Assembly (NCBI GenBank): GCA_013239625.1 | Contig: MU053504.1 | Coordinates: forward strand, 1,614,001-1,674,000 | Source: Lama guanicoe | Lineage: Eukaryota | Direction: 5' to 3' | Length of the DNA stretch: 60,000 nucleotides | Part shown: in pieces, positions 23,900 to 35,336 of the stretch | Position numbering within the stretch: position 1 is the stretch's first letter | How the letters are laid out: each line of letters begins with the position of its first letter | Translations under genes and position numbers: made by a program | Notes under the pieces: generated by a model | Seen by the model: only the letters and a program-made list of their open reading frames with translations | Databases searched by the model: none | Told to the model about the DNA's origin: nothing

Positions 23900-25700
23900 T
23901 TTGGGAAGTCCAGTTTCATTCTTGCCAAGGCCCTGACCCTCTATCAGGGTCCAGACACGCATCTGTCTTCAGGTACACAAGACAGCATCATACCTTCTTG
24001 AAGCACTGTTTCGAGGCTATTTTTCCTTCACTAATGTCCTGCACAGGGCTGTAACTACTTAGCATTCACCGCTGACGCCAGTATGTCATGCAGAGCCACC
24101 TCTAAACCAAACCATTCAACATTTTTGTTCTCAACCCACAGCCATCTTACTGATTTAGGCACAAATAGGCAGTTTACTGGTACCTTCAGGGTTAACTCAA
24201 GCCCAATCCTGTGTGTACCTGCAGCTAATGGATTGTGAAGTGCTGGCAGGCTCACAGGTTATTTATCAGATCATAACCAGTCCAGGCTGCAGAGCTGTGT
24301 GGTGTCCCACGGAAGGATGCCTAACCTCCCGTAGAACCCTGATGATAAACCTGATGGGCACGGTCTTGCTCAAAAACACCAGGGTCTCTTCTGATTCCAA
24401 AAATGGTTTAGGTCTGCTACAGACAATGTGAGCCTGTACCTCACAGAGAATCTTCCCTTGTTCAAGGCCACATGTATGAGTAGTGTATTTGAGGGCTACC
24501 CAGTAAATGCATTTGGAGCACAATACCCAAGTGTAAATGCTTTCACCGAGATCTGAAGAGGCTGCCATGCTTTGTGCATGGTGGGGTTTAGACGATAGAC
24601 TGGGGTACTCTTTTTTTTTTTTTTATTGACTTACTTTTTTTTTTTACATTTTTTATTGATTTATAATCATTTTACAATGTTGTGTCAAATTCCAGTGTTC
24701 AGCACAATTTTTCATTCATGGACATATACACACTCATTGTCACATTTTTTTCTCTGTGATTTATCATAACATTTTGTGTATATTTCCCTGTGCTTACAGT
24801 GTAATCTTGTTTATCTATTCTACAATTTTGAAATAGACTGGGGTACTCTTAAGTGCAATTTGTGTTTTACTTGAGAGAGGTGTGCTGACCCCCAAGAACT
24901 TTGCTGAGTGAGCAGTTTTTTCTTCAGAATTTGTCTCCCCCATCAAATATTTTTCTTTTTTTCATTTTAACATTTTTATTGATTTATAATCATTTTACAA
25001 TGTTGTGTCAAATTCCAGTGTTCAGCACAATTTTTCATTCATGGACATATACACACTGATTGTCACATTTCTTTACCAAGACACCCTGGATTCTTGCCCC
25101 TTTCAATTCTCCAGGAAAAGCAGCATGATGTCAACGAGGTGGACCACCATGATGTCCTCAGGGTGCTCATCAGGGTCGTGCAGTCATTCACTCCTGGGCT
25201 GGGTTGTGCTGACACTGCTGCCGGGGCAAGGCTGGTGTAGTCCAAGTGGACAGGAGAAGAATGCATCTGCCACGTGAATGAGTGCCGGGTGCCTCCTTAA
25301 TCTGTTCTGTCAAGGAGACCACACTAGACCTGAGTGAGCCTAAAGTCATTCCCCATATTTTTCCAGTACACTCCAAATTTGCTATGTGTGTATCCGATAT
25401 TCCCTGAAATCTTTGGGAAAGTTCCTTCTGAACTTACCCTGTGGTTATTTCCCTGACACAAATACAGAAGTGAAATGGATACCTAGGAAACAAGCCCAGC
25501 TGACTGCTGAAATAAGAGCAATTCTGAAATCTGACAGGAAGAGTGATGCTTGGAACTCCTTCCTTTCCAAATAGGGAGTCAAAAGCAATATTTGCCCCCC
25601 TAAATCCTAAGACAGGCAGGATTTTTCTTGATGGGTGCTCTGATGTCTTTCCTCAGTGCAGGTAAATACCTGAGCCATAAATGTGGACATCCACAGCAAG
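23900..25700 (-). mobile_element. Degenerate ERV-L-type internal (pol) relic, boundaries approximate
   Basis: Minus-strand peptides ADAFFSCPL and DIMVVHLVDIML (cf. ANAFFSIP, VHYIDDIML) and IYWVALK..GLEQGKILCEVQA..LVFLSKTVP..VGHHTALQP resemble ERV-L RT and tether regions. Confidence 0.55.
24613..24832 (-). mobile_element. Young 5'-truncated L1 (3' tail only)
   Basis: Poly-T plus L1 3' UTR, flanked by a perfect 18-bp TSD ATAGACTGGGGTACTCTT (24595-24612, 24833-24850). Confidence 0.85.
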
Positions 25701-27439
25701 AAGCAGCATGGTCTGGGTAAGCCCACGGTGCAGGTTACACGGCCGCGACAGCGAGACCCTGTAAGGAAGAGCACCCGGGCTGCCCCAAGGGCACAATACA
25801 GTGATGTGAAGAAGGGCGGAGCTGCATGGCCCCACCCTCGCCAGTGCTCCCGGGTGGCTCTGCGGGTCACCAGGATCCAGCCACCTTCCACCATTCTTTG
25901 GGCATTTCCCCTTGCTGAGGAAAGTCTTATACTCACACTCTTCTTTTATCTTTTTAATGCTGGCTACTGGGGGAGAAGATGGTCTGGGAGTGGGGTTTTG
26001 TCTGGGAAATCTGTAACCGAGGTATGAAGGTCAGCCGGGGCCACTGGGCCTTTGCCTGTCGCTGCCGGAGCCCACGGTGCCGGCACTGGCTGGCCGCTGA
26101 TGCTGCTGTGGGACCTGCGGTGCCCCGTGCGGGGACCCAGGGGCCATACTCATTAGCTTCCACCGCAGCTGCGGCAGCCAGAAGTGACTCAGAAGTTGAG
26201 TGGAAGTGTGGATTTGTCCCTCCTCTGGCCTTACAAACAAATCCTCTGTCAGTGACTCCTAGGTGATTGTCATTATGGAAGCCAGCTGGCAAGGGAGGCT
26301 GGGAAATAGGTGCAGCCTCCAGCCTCCTGTGGAACCGAGAGCTATGAGTGAATAATTGGTGTAAGCTGACTATTTAGAAACACTGTTTCTCCCAACTTAC
26401 AGTATTTAGAATGGGACGGGCAGGATTGTTTTGTGAAGATTTTTTAAAATAAGGTGAAATGAAATTTGAGACAATATATTTTGACAAGGATTTATACTTT
26501 CTGCAATTCTGCAAAAATTATTAATAGCTACAAACAGCATATCACTAGCTTGTTTTTTAATCTGAGAAACATTCTGATTTTCTTTTTGCACAATCTGAAA
26601 AAAAAATACTATACAAATGAATCTATTTACAAAATAGAAAGAGACTCACAGACATAGGAAACAAACTATACCATTTTTTCTTCTTTTGTACGGATAACCC
26701 AAAGGTGACTGCAGGTGGTTTGGACCCTTTCAATGTTCATCTTTCAGTTCTAGGAAATTATCTTACATTTTTCCTTTGAAAATTTACTCCATTCCGTTTT
26801 CTCTGTTCTCTTTCTCTAGAACTCCAGTTTGTTGGAACATTCTGACACTTTTAAAAATAATTTTGGCTAAAAGCAAACATCATTTAATTCCAACTTTTAA
26901 TGATAGACAAATTGGTTTGTCAAGAAGAGTTTCATGTAAATTATTTGTAAATTAATTTTTGTCAGAAGTCATCATTAAAATACATATTTTTTAAAACAGC
27001 AGTTTATAAGCAGCTGTCCTATATCCGTTTTATCATCATTTATCAGGATTGTCACTTCCTTCTGTGAGACACACGGTTTTTTTCCTCAGAACATTTTATT
27101 GCTGCCTGTAACATTCAACACTTCAGAAAAAATTTTAAATAACAGATTTCCAGTATTTCAGTTATTTTCTGACCTGGCAAAATTTAGGTGTTTTGGGGGT
27201 TTGTTTTTGGATGACCTTTGCAAGTAGACAAACTGCTGTTAAGGGGATTTGGGGATGACTTGAACTGACTGAGTCACACCCTGTGGCTTCCTGGGCCCTT
27301 TTGTGAGTTATAATAAAAATAAAATAAGACCTTTGTAAAAAATCTCCAAGAGAGATGGGAGTGTTTCCATGATTGCCACACTCACTGCTTCAATCCAGAA
27401 CTTCATATGAATAAATTAAAAATAGAAAAATCACCATTC

Positions 27440-27700
27440 TGTATATAGCTTAGCAATTACAAGCCTGGTACAATCTGCCTGGGTTTGAATCCCAGGTCCC
27501 CCCTTCTTACTACTTTGAGTATATTTTGAAACATTTCTTTGTCTCTCTGTGTCTCAGTTTCCTCAAAAGTAAAATAGGAATAATACTGGTATCTACCCAC
27601 GAGCATGTTGTGGCAATTAAATGAGACACTCATGTAAAGTTCAGTACAGTGCTTGGGACTTAGCAGGTGGTCAATATATATTAAGTGCTGTTTTAATGAG
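27440..27700. mobile_element. MIR SINE relic
   Basis: CTGCCTGGGTTTGAATCCCAG..CTCTGTGTCTCAGTTTCCTC..AATTAAATGAG core. Confidence 0.7.
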
Positions 27701-27880
27701 ACTAGAGAATAGCCTCAAACTCATACCATGAACTAAAAAAAAAAGTATGGCAATTCTTCAAAAAAAATTATGTGCCAAATACAGTCAAATTGGAATCAAC
27801 TGCTGGAGAAGTCAAGATTGGATCTGCAACTGCCCTTCCCTCCGGCAGAGGGCAGTCTCATCAAGACAGTGACAGGAGAC

Positions 27881-29528
27881 CTGTAAAACACTGATAAAGG
27901 AAATTGAAGATGATTCAAAGAAATAGAAAGATATCCCATGCTCTTAGATTGGAAGAATTAATACTGTTAAAATGGCCTTACTACTCAAAGCAATCTTCAG
28001 ATTTAATACAATCCCTACCGGATTACCCAGGACATTTTTCACAGAACTAGCATAAATAATCCTAAAATGTATATGGAATCACCAAAAAAACAAACAAACA
28101 AACAAACAAACAATTGCCAAAACAATACTGAAGAAAAAGTACAAGGCTGGAGGAATAACCCTCTCAAACTTCAGACAATACTACAAATCAAAACAGCATG
28201 GTATTGGCACAAAAACAGACATGGGTCAATGGAACAGAATAGAGAGCCCAGAAATAAACCCACACACTTACAGTCAATTAGTATTCGACAAAGGGGGCAA
28301 GAATATACAATGGAGAAATGACAGTCTCTTTGGCAAATGATGTTGGGAAAGCTGGACAGCCACATGTATATTAATGAAGTTAGAACACTCCCTCACACCA
28401 TACACAAAAATAAACTCAAAATGGCTTAAAGACTTAAACATAAGACAGGATACCATAGAAGTCCTAGAAGAGAATGTAGGCAAAACATTCTGATATAAAT
28501 TGTAGCAATATTTTCTTAGTTCAGTCTCCCAAGGCCAAAGAAATAAAAGCAAAAATAAATGGGACCTAATTAAACTTTTAAGTTTTTGTACAGCAAAGGA
28601 AACCATAAACAAAACAAAAAGACAACTACAGAATGAGAGAAAATAATTGAAAACGATGTTACTGACAAGGACTTAATTTCCAAAATCTAAGAATAGCTCA
28701 TACAAGCTCAATATCAAAAAACCAAACAACCCAATCAAAAAATGGGCAGAAGACCTATATAGACGTTTTTCCAAAGAAGACATACAGATGGCCAACAGGC
28801 ACATGAAAAGATGCTCAACACCGATTAGAGAAATGCAAATCAAAACTGCAATGAGATATCACCTCACACCAGAATGGCCATCATCAAGAAGTTTACAGTA
28901 ATAAATGCTGCAGAGTGTGTAGAGAAAAGGGACCCCTCTGTTATGCTGGTGGGAATGTAAATTTGTTCAGCCACTATGGGGAACAGTATGGAGGTTCCTT
29001 TAAAATCTGAAAAGAGTCACCATATGATCCAGCAATCCCACTCCTGGGCATAATATATCTGGAAAAGATGAAAATTCTAATTCAAAAACATACATGCACC
29101 CCAATGTTCATAGCAGCACTGTTTATAATAGCCAAGATACGGAAGCAACCTAAGTGTCCATTAACAGATGACTGGATAAAGAAGATGTGGTATATATACA
29201 ATGGAATATTACTCAGCCATAAAAAGGAATGAAATAAAACCATTTGCAGCAACATGGATAGACCTAGAGATTATCATACTAAGTGAAGTAAGTCAGAGAA
29301 AGACAAATATCACACTTATATGTAGAATCTTTAAAATGATGTAAAGGAATTTATTTACAAGACAGAATTTATTTATTTCTCACAGATACAGAAAACAAAT
29401 TTATTGTTACCAAAGGAGCAAGGAGGGGGGGGACAAATTAGAAGTTTGCCATTAACAGATACACACTACAATATACATAAAATAGATAAACAACAGGGAC
29501 CTACTGTGTAGCATAGGGAACTATATTT
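27881..29528 (+). mobile_element. L1 fragment (ORF2 C-terminal part and start of 3' UTR), decayed
   Basis: IKTAWYWHKNRH and YDPAIPLLG-type ORF2 motifs with frameshifts; A-rich + strand. Confidence 0.9.
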
Positions 29529-31668
29529 AGTGACAGAGACATCAGTGGTTTAATGGCTGGGGGAACTTACATGTCTGAAACAAGGTCCTGGAGCAACACT
29601 CTACCATGTGTGGCGGACAGTGGGCAGGACATGGCGGCAGTCTTCACTGGGCAGCAAGGGTTTGGGGAGGGGAGGTTACCAATTATAGGGGGAATTGACA
29701 TCAGGTTGGCTCCTTGGTTACCAGGGAAACCAGCAGAGGAGCATGCCCCTCACCACCCTTTGACAAGCTATTATGGTGGAGATGTTCCAACCTAAAGATT
29801 AGAACAATCACTAGCTGGGGCTGGGAGGCAATCAGGTAGGCGTTTACTGATTAGGCTGGGCGATTTAGAGGGAAGGTCAGTCATGTGAGTAGGTGCAGGT
29901 GAAGCGGGCGCTGGTCGAGCAGGGGAGGTACCGAGAGCAAGGGAACAACCACGCTGGGTGACCTGACCATGAGCCCGTGGAGTTTTGTTGTTCTTACTGT
30001 AGTTTCAGTTCTGAATTTTCCATTTTCTCCTTCTTTATGTGATCTATTTCTTTGTTGAGACTCCCTCAGCCAAGAGGTAGAGTTCACCTTTATTTCATAG
30101 AACCTGCTTATTTCATAGCTGTTTTCATGTCCTTTTCTGATAATTCCAACATGTGTGTCATTTCATTGTTGTTATCTGTTGATTGTCTTTTCCTTTGCCA
30201 GCTGAGATTTCCTGATTCTTCACAGGCCAAATCATTTTCGGTTGTATCTTGATGTTTTGAATATTATGTAATGTTATGTTAAGAGAATCTAGATCTTGTT
30301 TAAATCCTAAGAATTTTTGTTTGTATGTTTGATCTGCAAACAGCTAATCAGGTTAGGTTCAGGTCACAAATTCTTTTTTTTTTTTCAGGTCACAAATTCT
30401 GCCCTGCCTTCCGTGGACTGTGGTTCTAATGTTAGTTCAGTTTTCAAAGTGTTTTTTTTTTCAAGGTGTTTGCAGTGCTATCTGGATCAGACCCTCATGT
30501 GTCTCTTAGCTGCACTGTGGTCTAGCTGAAGTCTGAAGCCTGTGGGATGCTGTTTGGGGTCAGATCTGCTCATGCAGCTTGGAAATGAGCTCAGGAGTTC
30601 ATACCAACTTTGTTCATCCGCTCTCTTCATTTTCTTTCTCTCAACAATCTTCCCGATACTTTCCAGCTTCTAAGGGCCTTCCTTCCTAGTCCTCTGGTCA
30701 GAAGGCTGGAGCTTTACTTTCCCTGTTAAGCCATACCTTTCATGTGACTGTTTGTGTCCAGAGCCAAGTGGTAGAAAGATGAAGATAAAAAGCAGTGGAA
30801 CCACCCCCACCCCTACACTTAAACCCAGAGATCACACCACTGTCAGCTGTTCTGGCTCAAGCCATTGCCCAGGAAAAGGCACTGCCACCTTCTCCGTAGC
30901 TCCTATGGCTGTATCTTTGGCTCCTGTGGCCCCTGTAGCCGTATCGATGGCCCAGCTCTTGGCAGGAATCACAATGAGCCACACCACCGCTCTCTGGTGA
31001 CTTACGCCATCGCTTCCCAGAGCATGCGTATCACAGCCAGGCCACACGGGTGGGGCTGATGGACACTCCCCTGGGAGGTGTAGCCTCCCAGGGCTGGGGG
31101 CTGGGGACCCTTACTCACCCACTCACCCAGGCCCTGTCCGAAGGGCTTACCCGTGAACTAGAACAAGAGACTACAGGGAGTTTGCTTCTGAGAAGGGGTT
31201 AAGTTGGTGTGTTTTGTCTCACCTCCCTTTTATAAGGGTTCTCTGGTCCATCTTCCTTCAAGCCTCACAGAGGGGGCTTGCATAGGAGCGCAGGCTGAAG
31301 CCAGCAGAGGAAGGGCTGACTGAGGGGCTGTGTGTCCTCTGATGGGAAGCTGGGGACATCCCTGGTCTTGCCCTCTCTTCTGCACAGCACAGGTTCCAGC
31401 ACTGGCTTTGGAAGAAAAATTACCCTGCCCAGAGGGAAAGCCAGGAAAGACTGGGAAGTGGGTGGCAGGGAGAAACGGCCTAATAGGGGTCTTTGGATAT
31501 TTTGGAGCCTAGTTGAGCTGGACGATGCAGCTCCTGTGCCCGTGGGAAGGCGGGGACCATGGTACCCCAGCCCAAAGACTAGGAGAGCATTTCTTACCTC
31601 GACTTGGCCTGGAAATCCACAGGGCAGGGCCCATCACTTTCCAAGGAAATTTTTTAAAATTATTTTTA

Positions 31669-31792
31669 TTTATTTTGGGGGAGGGAGATAATTTGATTGA
31701 TTGATTGATTTTAATGGGGGTACTGGGGATTGAACCCAGGACCTCACATATGCTAGGCAGGCACTCTGCCACTGAGCTACACCCTCTCCCCC
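31669..31792 (-). mobile_element. tRNA-derived SINE (camelid vic-1-like)
   Basis: Reverse-complement A/B boxes (GGGATTGAACCC, CCACTGAGCTA); probable TSD AAAATTATTTTTA. Confidence 0.8.
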
Positions 31793-34315
31793 TAAAAATT
31801 ATTTTTAACAAAACAAAATAAAAAAAGCTGTGGAGAGCCACCCCATGCTCTTTGGTTGGAGAGGAAGCACCCCACCCAAGGTTTGGGTGCCTGTCTCGGT
31901 GTCACTGCTTTTACTTTGCTGCCACCTTTGCCACCGTTTCTGCCGCCGTAGCAGCGCCGCCTGGAGACTGCGTTAGAAGATTCCTTTCCCACTCCTCAGA
32001 CCACAAAGAGGAGGACTTCTCTTGGAATGATTTCTGTTCACCATCGGACGCACGCTCTGAGTGCTGGCGAGGCAATACTAGCGGGGGAAAACGGTAAACT
32101 CATTGCCAGTTCTGTGGATCTTTGAATTCTGATCTCCTTCCCTGTCTGTCTGGTGCCACGTACATTTCCAAGTGCTCATGAAGTCACTCCATGTCCAAAA
32201 TATACCCTTCCTTTCAACAAGAGAGACCAGGTAGAGTATGCTTGTTCCATCTTCTGCAGAGCAAGAAACTTCTTTTTTTTTATTTTAAACTTCTTTTGTT
32301 TTAGTTAAAGTATAGTCAGTTACGATGTGTCAGTCGCTGGTGTACAGCATGATGTCCCAGACATACACATACATACATATATTCGTTTTCCTGTTCTTTT
32401 TCATTAAAGGTTATTAAAAGATATTGACCATAGTTCCTTGTGCTATACAAGGAAGAAGAAATTTGATTTTCATCTATTTTTATATATAGTAGTTAATATT
32501 TGCAAATCTCGAAATCCCAAATTTATCCATTCCCACCCCCCTTTCCCCACTGGTAACCATAAGATTGTTTACTATGTCTGTGAGTTTATTTTAAACTTTT
32601 AAAGTGTAACATACATACATAAAAGTGCACAGATCTTCAATATTTAGCTAATTTTCAATTTTCAATTGTGAAAACAATCCCAGCTCAAGAAATAGAAGCA
32701 CCTCTCATGCCCTTCCCAGTAACTACCTGCCCACTCTCCCCTTAATTCTAAATCAATAGACTGAATATGCCTCTTTTTGAACCTCATATAAATGAAATCA
32801 CGCATGTCTGTTCATACACATACTTTCGTTTAACATAATGACCGTGAGATGTTTTCAAATGTAGTTATAGTTTGTTCATTTTCATTGCTTTCTGGTATTC
32901 TGTTGTATGCATTTATTTGCCCCATTTTTCTGGGTGTGGGCATCTGGGTTGTTTCCAGTGGGGCTATTACAAATAGTGCCACTATGATAAACATTCTTGG
33001 GCATGTCTTTTGATGCTCATGTGTATGTGTTTCTGGAGCTGATTGTGGGACCACATGGTACATGCATGTGCTTGAGTAACACTGCCAGCCAGGCTCCCCA
33101 CAGGGTCGTGAGCGCACACTCCCTCCAGCAGTGTCTGAAGGCTCCCATTGTTCGGTATTCCCTTGGTAATGCCAGCATTTTTAATTTTAGCTATTCCAGT
33201 TGGTGTGTATCTCATTATGGTTTTAATTTTAATTTCCCCAATAACTAATGGGATAAATACCTTTTCATTTTTATTAGACAATTGTATAGCTTTTTTGTGT
33301 GGTTTGCTCCTGGCTCATTTGTCTTTTTCAACCGGTTTATGGGAGTTCATTTTAGATTTTGACTATAATCCCTTTGTTGAGTATATATGCTGGCTAATAA
33401 GAATGGTTTAATCCACAAGAATCTTTGGGAGGTACTGACTGGTCATGAGTCTCCTAAAACTAAAACAGTCAAGAAGCCATTAAGGCTCACTTGTTCTACA
33501 TGACCAGAAATACCCTATGGTGAATCAGGACCTAACCTAAGCCACCACAGCATAGCATCCTAGGCCCTTACGCAGTTACCAGGCTACAGACTCAGAGCCA
33601 CCTGGGTGAAGGAGAGACCAGGTGAAGGAAGAATGCAGCACTAACATTAGATATTCATCCTAGAAGTCTTCCTCCTAGCATTTGCCAAAGACACTTGTGA
33701 TCTATGTAGCTGCAGAAGGAAAAGAAATATCCAGACTTTCCCGGAAGGCACACGAATCCCCAGGGACCCAGAGCTCCACTGCGGTCCTCGGATCAGAGCC
33801 GAAGCTTGTGGTAGTCAGGACGCGGGTGGGACGGAGGGAGCAGGAAGGAACATCCTGCTTTTTTTTAATGGATATATGTTAGATGGTAGAAGATAAATCC
33901 TGTGAAAACAGAGGCTTACAATGTCAAGAAATTCCTAGGAATGCAGTGGCCTGGGGCCTGTTGGAATATCCTGTCCAAAGTAAAGAGAATTCCAGCACTG
34001 TGTTGACAGGAAAAGCTAAACATACAAAATTTCTTAAATCTAGTAAGCCCACTCAGAGGTATATACCCAAGAGAAATGATGCTCAAGTCCACAAAAAGAC
34101 ATATAGAAGAATGTTCATAGAAGCTTTACTCATAACAGCTAACAAATGAAAACAATCCAAAAGTTCATCAACAGAATAACAGGTAAATATTACAGCATAT
34201 TCTTACACTAAATGCTACCCAGCGATAAAAAGAATTGAACCACGGCTACATGCATGATTGCATGTGCAAGGATGAGATAATACAAAACAAAGAAAGCCAG
34301 ACATAAATGAGTACA

Positions 34316-34450
34316 GGGGAGAGTGTACAGCTCAGTGGTAGAGTGCATGCCTAGCGTGCACAAGGTTCTGGATTCAATCCCCAGTACCTCCATTAAAATA
34401 AATAAGTAACTAAAAACCGAGTTACCTTTCCCCCACAAAAAAATTTTTTA
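34316..34450 (+). mobile_element. tRNA-derived SINE (camelid vic-1-like) inserted in an old L1 3' end
   Basis: GGGGAGAGTGTACAGCTCAGTGGTAGAG..GATTCAATCCCCAG head. Confidence 0.8.
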
Positions 34451-35197
34451 AAAAGAGTATATACCCTATGATTACATTTACGTGAAGGTCAAAACCTAGC
34501 AAAACGAATCTATTGGGATACCCATCGGAGTAGAGGCTGTCTCTGAGAGGATACTGACCAGGAGAGAGCGCAGGGCAAGTCTTCTATGGTGCTGATCATT
34601 TATGGCATTTTACAGTGTAGAAACGGGTTAAAAAAATCCATTAAGCTGTTTATTTAAGATTTGTTTACTTTATGTAAATTTTACTCTGATAAATAAAAGT
34701 GGAGATAGATTTCCCATCACAGGACAAGATGACATGGCAACAAATGACTGCATAAATTTGTTGGCCACGAAAGTAGTGAGCACGTCATATGAATGCCCTC
34801 TCTTATGTAAATAAGTGTGTGGCTCTCACAGTAACAGCAAAACAGTTGTCTTTCTACCCCTAAAAAAAAAAATGGACAAGTTGCTATGCCTTGTGAACTT
34901 TGTCCCTGAAAAAGAGACACAGTGCACAGTAGACCTCTGGATATTGGGGTCCACACTGGCCACATTTGAATGTGCTACTCTGACCTATTTAGCAGAACCA
35001 GAGGGGATGTCGGCTTTGAGTGTCATCTAGGGCAAGAAGACACCGCGGAAGGTACAGCTGCAAAGCAGGCATCCCTACCTTTTAGGCCTTATGACCCAGC
35101 GGATCCCCATGTGCTCAAGATGCCCACAGATGATCAGAACACTGGGGGAGCCTGTGACAAGCCCCAGTGGGATCGCACATCAGAAGTCCCTAGGGTT

Positions 35198-35336
35198 GCA
35201 GGAAGGGTATAGCTCAGTGGTCGAGTGCCTGCTTAGCACGCACAAGGTCCTGGGTTCAATCCCCAGTACCTCCATTAAGAAATATTAAATAAACAAACAA
35301 TTCTAATTACCTCCCCTCACCCCCCCTCCAAAAAAC
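35198..35336 (+). mobile_element. tRNA-derived SINE (camelid vic-1-like) with perfect 14-bp TSD
   Basis: TSD AAGTCCCTAGGGTT at 35184-35197 and 35337-35350; TAGCTCAGTGG and GGTTCAATCCC boxes. Confidence 0.88.

Noticed and set aside
35198..35275. tRNA-like sequences (also near 8919, 31720, 34316, 38925 and 53235)
   Set aside because: A/B boxes are followed by a shared non-tRNA tail, the copies are mutually diverged and several have TSDs, so they are SINEs, not tRNA genes.
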